The notes below the pieces were generated by a model. It was not told the DNA's origin. It did no database searches and was given only the letters and a program-made list of their open reading frames with translations. The position numbers and the translations under genes are program-made. From positions 1 through 64,000 of the IMG/VR virus record IMGVR_UViG_3300020576_002722: a stretch of DNA of 64,000 bases; one strand, 5' to 3'. Within the stretch, counting starts at the first letter, position 1. Each line of letters begins with the position of its first letter. The stretch is from a virus (taxonomy: Duplodnaviria > Heunggongvirae > Uroviricota > Caudoviricetes). This document shows, one piece after another, positions 58,585 to 64,000 of the stretch.

Positions 58585-58594
58585 ACCTTCGCAT
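58585..58594 (+). promoter_or_regulatory. class II motif TACCTTCGCA
   Basis: Fourth copy, 22 nt before the ATG of the small + strand gene. Confidence 0.45.
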
Positions 58595-58615
58595 GTTCAA
58601 ACGAGAGAACGTTAC

Positions 58616-58969
58616 ATGGAAATCACTTTCGCACCCACCGGCCAGGTCGTTGATACGGCTTTCGCCACGCCCCAGAAAGGCACCGTCATCGCCCCGGTAG
58701 GTATCCCCTATCTGAATGTCCCCGACACCGATCCTCCGACCACCCCGTACGACGGAGTGATCGTGGACGGTGGAAGCTCCCTGTACCCGATCATGGGTGG
58801 ACCGGTGTACAACCTGTCCTTCTATGGCCCCGGTGGGACCCTGAAGGTGGCCGACTTCGCTATGGAAAGCGAGGCCGCTATCGCCACCGCTCAGGCTACC
58901 ATCGCTACCGCCCTGAACGCGACTACCGCTGCCATCACGCTGAACGCGGACGGAACGCTCGGTTCCTAA
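58616..58969 (+). CDS. hypothetical protein (117 aa), a stand-alone transcription unit
   Basis: The start is MEITFAPTGQ. It is flanked by a promoter-like decamer and a terminator. The C-terminus is Ala/Thr-rich. Confidence 0.6.
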   Translation: MEITFAPTGQVVDTAFATPQKGTVIAPVGIPYLNVPDTDPPTTPYDGVIVDGGSSLYPIMGGPVYNLSFYGPGGTLKVADFAMESEAAIATAQATIATALNATTAAITLNADGTLGS

Positions 58970-58993
58970 GGATCCTGCCCGACAAGGCCGAGA

Positions 58994-60508
58994 TCAGCCC
59001 TGAGAGGGGCTTTTCTTGTTTGCCATCCTCTCTGCCACTTCTGCCCTGATCCGGTCGAACTTGGCCTTGTCCTCCTCGGCCTTCCTGTTTATGTAGGCGG
59101 CCGTACCTCTCTCCGGAGGGGACTTCATGATGATCGTATTGACCCTGTCGACCCAGTTGATATCGAGCATCTTGGCCAGATCCCTGATCACGCGGTAGTC
59201 CCCCCTGCGCCAGGGCTCCCACTCGACCGACCCAAGGTGCTGCGAATGGAAGGCGAACGAGATCCCGCTGATATCGCCGGCCACGATCTTGCCCCAATTC
59301 TCGTTTGACGGTATCAGCTTCTGTCCGGACATGGTCCTCCAGATCGTCGTCTGGTCAGGATGCAGCTCGCTGGCGATGTTGGCCAGGCCATTCGGCGCAA
59401 TGATATCGTCGTCGTCCAGGTACATGACATACCCGGATCGCACATGTCTGGCCAGCTCATTCAGGTACCTGTTGGCAGCCAGTGGTGCCGCGTAGTCTGG
59501 CCCACCTGGTGGTGCACCGACTGCGTACGGATGCACGCGCACCTTGTAGAACGGGTATTTGCAGATGAACCTGAATGTGTCGTCATCATGGTACGACGCG
59601 ATGACGTTCCAGTTGCGGTACAGCTGACCCTTCAAGCTGCTGTACAGCCTCTCGATCCCCTGCTCCCTGCGGTGGCATCGGACCAGGATGTTGATCAGCG
59701 GATCCTTGGCCACCCACTTGGAGAACACGATGGCGCACAGGTCGTCGTATGTATGTACAACCTTTATGATCGATCCACCCAGGTCCGGGTACCAGTTGTT
59801 GAAGCTGTTGATGTTGGGCCACAGCTCTCGGCACTCCTTGGAGTAGATGATGTTCTCGCCCCCGAAGTAGCTGCACAGGATCGAGTGGCCACCGTTCATG
59901 GTGATAAATCGCTCGCAGCCGGCGAACACTCGGCACTGTACCTCATTGAAGTCGCCCCCATGCGAGTCGACCAGGTCGTTCATGAACACGACCTCAGGGT
60001 ACTCCCTGGCGATCATGTCGTAGTCTCCAAGGTCCATCGAGTGGGCCGTATCCTCAAGTTCCTCGTTCCCGCGCACGTTCACGTACACGACCGTGTGGTC
60101 CGGGATCAGCATGTCGAACAACCTGCGCAGCGTCGGCAGGTCGAAGTAGTTGATCGGGCCACGACCCCACTCGCTATTGTAGCGGTTGCAGATGCATACG
60201 GTAGGCTTCTCGAACGTGATCGCGTCGGCCGAGAAGTGCTCCTTCAGCGGAGGTGGACGCCACTTGTCCTTGTCGAGGATTGGCTTATGGATCCTCATGT
60301 TGGGGATCTCCTTCACCGCCTCATTCGTGGCCTCGAAGCTGCGCTGCTTCGGATTGATCTGGTGGTCCGGCGAGAACCAGTATAGTGGCTCGCTACCTGG
60401 GCCACTGATGGTCCCCTCCAGGGTCCCGTTCAGGAAGTGGTAGTACGCGTACGGGAGCGTAGCGATCAGCTCGTACCCGAACTCAGTGTTGTGGCTGTTG
60501 ACTCTCAT
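58994..60508 (-). CDS. two-domain glycosyltransferase (C-terminal GT-A/family-2-like with a DxD motif)
   Basis: 504 aa. The C-terminal half carries INILVRCHRREQGIERLYSSL...YVMYLDDDDIIAPNG, typical of the GT2 nucleotide-binding and DxD regions. The N-terminal 250 aa form a separate alpha/beta-looking domain. Confidence 0.7.
   Translation of the reverse strand: MRVNSHNTEFGYELIATLPYAYYHFLNGTLEGTISGPGSEPLYWFSPDHQINPKQRSFEATNEAVKEIPNMRIHKPILDKDKWRPPPLKEHFSADAITFEKPTVCICNRYNSEWGRGPINYFDLPTLRRLFDMLIPDHTVVYVNVRGNEELEDTAHSMDLGDYDMIAREYPEVVFMNDLVDSHGGDFNEVQCRVFAGCERFITMNGGHSILCSYFGGENIIYSKECRELWPNINSFNNWYPDLGGSIIKVVHTYDDLCAIVFSKWVAKDPLINILVRCHRREQGIERLYSSLKGQLYRNWNVIASYHDDDTFRFICKYPFYKVRVHPYAVGAPPGGPDYAAPLAANRYLNELARHVRSGYVMYLDDDDIIAPNGLANIASELHPDQTTIWRTMSGQKLIPSNENWGKIVAGDISGISFAFHSQHLGSVEWEPWRRGDYRVIRDLAKMLDINWVDRVNTIIMKSPPERGTAAYINRKAEEDKAKFDRIRAEVAERMANKKSPSQG
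58996..59021 (+). terminator. rho-independent terminator
   Basis: AGCCC-TGAGAG-GGGCT is followed by TTTCTTGTTTG. It lies inside the 3' end of the convergent glycosyltransferase gene. Confidence 0.55.
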
Positions 60509-60749
60509 TCTCGCAAGCTATGACCTGCGTATTGTCCAGGGTCTCGCAGTGCCGGCATCCGGATGTCGTGGACTCGATCCACTCGTGGCCGTTGGTACAC
60601 TGGAACACCTTGATCGATACGGTTCGATCGTGGAAGTGATAGCCGTCGTCATCGTTGATCCTGAGGAGGGGCCCCTCTTGCTCGGTCTCCTCCATCAACT
60701 GTGGCCTGCTTCTCAGACCATCCCTCTTGCACACCGGACATTCGCTCAT
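60483..60749 (-). CDS. small zinc-ribbon protein (88 aa)
   Basis: CPVC...C..GH...CRHC. ATGA overlap with the macrodomain stop. Confidence 0.55.
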   Translation of the reverse strand: MSECPVCKRDGLRSRPQLMEETEQEGPLLRINDDDGYHFHDRTVSIKVFQCTNGHEWIESTTSGCRHCETLDNTQVIACENESQQPQH

Positions 60750-61204
60750 AGTTTCCAGAGATTCTTCTCAAAGGTATCAGGAATCCTGAAGTCGATGATC
60801 TCTCGGACCACGTTCCAGTTGAGGCCACCCAGGTGGCATCCGATCAATGGGAAGTTGATCGCAAGTGTTCCGTCGATCGCAGCCAAGACGGCTACCTGTT
60901 GCATACACGCATCCATCGCATCGTAACTCGCATACTTCCTCCCGTCCTTTCCGTAGAACTCCTGCGTGAAGCAGTTCATGACGATCGTGTTGTCGCTGCC
61001 GAACAGATGTACCTCTTGAACGTCACCAAGCAAGTGGCCTCCAGGTCTCTTGGACGCAACATGCTTCAAGTACTCAGTGAACACTTTGGGCCACTTGTTC
61101 CGGATGGCGAGCGCCACACCAGATCCCATCACGCCTTGGGTATTAACCCCGTGCAGGATGATGCCTTTCGCGGTGAGAAGGTCACCCTTGATCTCGTTGA
61201 TCAT
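60746..61204 (-). CDS. macrodomain protein (ADP-ribose-binding/hydrolase, Poa1p-like)
   Basis: The sequence is MINEIKGDLLTAKGIILHGVNTQGVMGSGVALAIRNKWP...NFPLIGCHLGGLNW. ATGA overlaps at both ends. Confidence 0.8.
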   Translation of the reverse strand: MINEIKGDLLTAKGIILHGVNTQGVMGSGVALAIRNKWPKVFTEYLKHVASKRPGGHLLGDVQEVHLFGSDNTIVMNCFTQEFYGKDGRKYASYDAMDACMQQVAVLAAIDGTLAINFPLIGCHLGGLNWNVVREIIDFRIPDTFEKNLWKL

Positions 61205-61986
61205 TTGAAGTAGGAGTCGATGCGTTCGCGGATCTCCCTCATGCTTCCAGCCCTAGTGATCACCCCGTCAGCGAACACCACATCGAAGGCGCAGTCGTGA
61301 ACATCTTCCCATGATGCCTGCTCCTGCAATAGGAACCCGTGATCGTGGTCGTGGTGTACAGCCAGGAGCCCCTTGGCGCTGTTCTTTCCACCATTGTCGG
61401 TCTTCGGCTTCTTGAAGATCTCGCGAGGCTTGTAGTTCACCACTCCGTAGGTGGCCTTGATCGCCATGCCGTAGGTGTCACGGGTCACATACTGGTACGT
61501 GTAGCTGCCGATGCCGAACACGACATTGGTGCTGGCGAACCCTTTCGCGATCAGCCTGTCGACGATCTTCTGGGCACGCTCCGGGGTGATGCTGTCTCCG
61601 TAGATGGCACCGATATGCGGGTCGAGAACCTTGAATCCCTTCTCGTTCACGGTACCTCCGAAGGTGTTCCATAGGCACTCAATGAGCCCTTTGCCCTCTG
61701 GGGTCATCTTGGTAAAGGTTCTAGTACCAGGAAGATGGTATCCGCACAGGATGTCCACCGGATCCCCGCTGTCTGGCCTGATCACCACCTTGCCTTCACG
61801 ATTCATGATCTCTGATTTCAGGGCCGGCAGATACTCGGTGACCACCTTCCAGAAGTCCCATGTGTCGCTGACGATGCTGATGATCCCGGACGGATGTACC
61901 TCAGTGATCAGGCGCTTGAAGTGGAGAAATTCCCCTCTTGTAAGTCTCTCTTCTTCAGAGAGTTTCCTTGTCCGTGTTTTCTTCAT
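61201..61986 (-). CDS. NAMPT/Namat-like phosphoribosyltransferase, C-terminal half
   Basis: FKRLITEVHPSGIISIVSDTWDFW, VVIRPDSGDP, IYGDSIT and VFGIGSYTYQ are the conserved C-terminal NAMPT motifs. The gene has its own ATG (MKKTRTRK...). Confidence 0.85.
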   Translation of the reverse strand: MKKTRTRKLSEEERLTRGEFLHFKRLITEVHPSGIISIVSDTWDFWKVVTEYLPALKSEIMNREGKVVIRPDSGDPVDILCGYHLPGTRTFTKMTPEGKGLIECLWNTFGGTVNEKGFKVLDPHIGAIYGDSITPERAQKIVDRLIAKGFASTNVVFGIGSYTYQYVTRDTYGMAIKATYGVVNYKPREIFKKPKTDNGGKNSAKGLLAVHHDHDHGFLLQEQASWEDVHDCAFDVVFADGVITRAGSMREIRERIDSYFK

Positions 61987-61993
61987 ACTTTTG
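61986..61993 (+). promoter_or_regulatory. TAnnTTTG -7 box (TACTTTTG) for the intervening HNH gene
   Basis: It lies 19 nt before the ATG at 62013 and overlaps the start codon of the NAMPT C-half on the other strand. Confidence 0.4.
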
Positions 61994-62012
61994 CTGTCGT
62001 TAACATGACCCT

Positions 62013-62675
62013 ATGATCGGGACAAAGATATGCTCCAGATGCAAGGATCGAAAGGTTCTTGACGAATTTCCAGTGAACTCCAGGTTCCCGGACGGAAGGA
62101 ACTCCAAATGCAAGCTCTGTACGAACGCACTGAACAAGGCTTACAGGGACTCCAATAAGGAGGCATTCTGCGCATCCAGGAGAAGGCACTACATAGCAAA
62201 CCTGGAGAAGATGCGATCTGGAAGGCGAAAGTACGCCGCATCCAACAAGGACAAAAAGAGCCAGTATGATGTATCGTACAGGGCTCAAAACAAATCCAAA
62301 ATAGCGGCCTACAAGAAACAGTGGGAAAGGAACCTCATGAGTGACCCTGTGTTCAGGATCAAGAGAAACCTTCGCCGCAGGATTAGTCACGTCCTTAACG
62401 GAAGACTGAAGACGGCAGATACGTTCAGCCTCGTTGGATGTACGCCGTCCGAGTTCAGGGACCACATTCAGTCCCAATGGACCGAAGGGATGTCCTGGGA
62501 TAACTACGGATACCGTGGATGGCATGTTGATCATGTGATACCGTGCTGCTCATTTGATCTGTCTACCGAGGATGGCCAGAGAAGGTGTTTTCACTTCAGC
62601 AACCAAAGGCCGCTATGGGCATTAGACAACCTTCGGAAGGGCAGGAAGATCCCTGACCCACTTCCATTGTCCTGA
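62013..62675 (+). CDS. HNH homing endonuclease, antisense between the two NAMPT halves
   Basis: The N-terminus has Cys pairs (CSRCK...CKLC). The HNH core is GWHVDHVIPCC...NQRPLWALDNLRKG. The gene has lower GC, and its 3' 54 nt overlaps the 3' end of the NAMPT N-half (convergent). Confidence 0.85.
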   Translation: MIGTKICSRCKDRKVLDEFPVNSRFPDGRNSKCKLCTNALNKAYRDSNKEAFCASRRRHYIANLEKMRSGRRKYAASNKDKKSQYDVSYRAQNKSKIAAYKKQWERNLMSDPVFRIKRNLRRRISHVLNGRLKTADTFSLVGCTPSEFRDHIQSQWTEGMSWDNYGYRGWHVDHVIPCCSFDLSTEDGQRRCFHFSNQRPLWALDNLRKGRKIPDPLPLS

Positions 62676-63452
62676 CGCCTCGTCGTACTCCTCTTCAACC
62701 TCCAGCACCTCTTCTGCATAATCTGTTGATGCAAGGCAGCAGACAGCATGTTCTGTGGCCGGCACCGAGTATCCGTCTGCACCTCCGTAGTACTCGTCAC
62801 AGAAGTCGAGCGCAGCGAACGTATCGGTCCCAAGGAACGATGTCAGGTGCGCGGCACCGCTCATGATAGCGGCCTCCACTCCGAACATCCCGCGCATCGA
62901 GAAGTCGTGGCCCTGGAACTTGACGAAGAACTTGTCGCCGCCACTCATTTCTGCGGCCCCCTCCAGGATCTGCCGGTACCGGAACGCCGTAGTTGCTGAC
63001 GTGATCATCGGCCACAGGGTGACAGACATCAGGGTCTCCAGGTAGTTCGGCAGCCAGTAGGCGCTCGGGTGCGTGTTGTAGGTCACCAGGAACGGGACCT
63101 TTGTCCGGACCTTTGATCCTTCAGGCAGCGCCATGATCGTGATCGGCAGGTATCCTAGATCATGCAGCTCTTCGATATGCTTCATCGATACCTTGTCGGG
63201 CCCAAGGTACGCGTCGATGCGCTTCTTGTAGGCAGCGACCGCGTCAGCCTTCGGAACCCCGAAGAAGGATTCATTCCACTCCTTTATCAGGTAGCGCTTG
63301 ATGTAGTACTTGAGGCCAAAGAAGATGTTGTAGTCGACACCAGGAATGCGGCTGCTCCTTGATGTCATGTTGTTGAACACGAGCGACGTTCCTTCCGGGA
63401 ACATGGGCGCATGTCCCACCTTGTATCCGTCTGTCAGGTTGAGCGCTTTCAT
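62622..63452 (-). CDS. NAMPT/Namat-like phosphoribosyltransferase, N-terminal half
   Basis: The start is MKALNLTDGYKVGH (TDSYK-type motif). It also has FQGHDFSMRGM, LGTDTFAAL and SVPATEHAV. It ends with a 30-aa tail encoded opposite the HNH 3' end. ATGA overlap with the Prs-like stop. Confidence 0.85.
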   Translation of the reverse strand: MKALNLTDGYKVGHAPMFPEGTSLVFNNMTSRSSRIPGVDYNIFFGLKYYIKRYLIKEWNESFFGVPKADAVAAYKKRIDAYLGPDKVSMKHIEELHDLGYLPITIMALPEGSKVRTKVPFLVTYNTHPSAYWLPNYLETLMSVTLWPMITSATTAFRYRQILEGAAEMSGGDKFFVKFQGHDFSMRGMFGVEAAIMSGAAHLTSFLGTDTFAALDFCDEYYGGADGYSVPATEHAVCCLASTDYAEEVLEVEEEYDEASGQWKWVRDLPALPKVV

Positions 63453-64000
63453 ATCTCTGTGCGGTTGATGCGTGATTCGTCGATACTGTCGAGCATGAAC
63501 GAGTTGGTCGTGTAGATGGCGTCGATTCCGTCGTTCAGCAATACGTCTAGGCCGTGCGTGAAGAGGCCGTGCGTGGCGCATAGGATGACCTTCTGGGCTC
63601 CGGCGTACTTCAGCTTCTTGGACAGCTCGATGAACGTCCTTCCTCCGTCGCAGATGTCGTCGACGATGATGACATCCTTATTGAGTAGGTCTGCTCCCAT
63701 GATCGCACCTGGGATCACTTTTCCGTCCTCCCTCCTCTTCGTCGTGAAGCAGATGCCATTGGTGTTGCCAACTGCGGCCGACATCAGGTCCACGCGCTTC
63801 ATGGCACCCAAGTCTGGTGCGCAGAACACAGCGTCAGGATACGCGGCCTTCGCAGCCATGACGTGGCCGACGAACCGCATGGTCGTGTAGTTGTCGATCA
63901 GCGCCGGCATCACATCGCTGTGCGGATCCAATGACATCACGCTCGTGTACCCCTGCGCATTGATCAACTTAGCCATGACCGACGCCGACAGGGCCTCCCC
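63449..64000 (-). CDS. ribose-phosphate pyrophosphokinase (Prs)-like protein, 5'-truncated by the window edge (candidate Adps)
   Basis: The frame is open to nt 64000. The PRPP-binding loop is VIIVDDICDGGRT, and the segment VILCATHGLF is typical of the Prs C-terminal domain. Confidence 0.85.
   Translation of the reverse strand, partial: GEALSASVMAKLINAQGYTSVMSLDPHSDVMPALIDNYTTMRFVGHVMAAKAAYPDAVFCAPDLGAMKRVDLMSAAVGNTNGICFTTKRREDGKVIPGAIMGADLLNKDVIIVDDICDGGRTFIELSKKLKYAGAQKVILCATHGLFTHGLDVLLNDGIDAIYTTNSFMLDSIDESRINRTEI

Noticed and set aside
61987-62621. Group I intron or intein interrupting the NAMPT-like gene
   Set aside because: The N-half ends at a stop codon and the C-half has its own ATG. 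The insert's ORF is on the opposite strand, there are no intein splice motifs, and I saw no obvious P-helix pairing. Splicing is not formally excluded without RT-PCR.

Overview
The window looks like one contiguous piece of a GC-rich tailed dsDNA phage or prophage genome. No rRNA, CRISPR array, integrase or obvious host housekeeping genes are visible. The host is probably a member of Bacteroidota. Three things point that way: TAnnTTTG-type -7 promoter boxes; A/C-rich leaders with no Shine-Dalgarno sequences; and Bacteroidota-style signal peptides, lipoboxes and a C-terminal sorting-like domain.

Layout:
- 1-21.5 kb (+): virion and tail module. It holds a large structural protein cut by the window edge, two internal-protein-like genes, a 2,753-aa giant protein with an HExxH motif, a 1,159-aa tail fibre, and a beta-helix tailspike.
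- 21.5-31.1 kb (+): holin, an inserted HNH-AP2 homing endonuclease, a metallophosphoesterase, an SPFH protein, a tRNA cluster (Phe, Asn, Gly plus one aberrant tRNA-like gene), DUF5675, a u-spanin-like lipoprotein, a HAD phosphatase, an 834-aa secreted protein and an HNH gene.
- 31.1-43.9 kb (-): replication and nucleic-acid module. It holds VRR-NUC, an RNA ligase, endonuclease VII, an HNH/NinG-like gene, a Toprim primase, a DnaB helicase, a DnaA-C-like protein, tRNA-Arg, a gp2.5-like SSB and a ParB-like nuclease.
- 43.9-50.2 kb (-): about 15 small, probably early genes.
- 50.2-51.6 kb: an XRE-family HTH gene and a repeat-rich divergent control region.
- 51.6-56.1 kb (+): small membrane proteins and a second tail fibre.
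- 56.1-58.5 kb (-): MazG and small membrane or lipoproteins.
- 59.0-64.0 kb (-): glycosyltransferase, macrodomain, a NAMPT-like gene split by an antisense HNH gene, and a Prs-like gene. This looks like an NAD+ reconstitution operon.

The most unusual signal lies in the 43.9-50.2 kb small-gene block:
- The gaps between genes that are not translationally coupled are occupied by ten truncated tRNA-like elements (acceptor stem plus T-arm).
- Most of these are followed by a hairpin with an invariant 6-nt loop (sense UCACAU) and covarying stems, about 10 nt before the next ATG.
- Separately, two genuine tRNAs abut start codons with the identical junction tRNA-U-C-AUG.

All coordinates for RNA elements and motifs were counted by hand, so expect an error of +/-2 nt.
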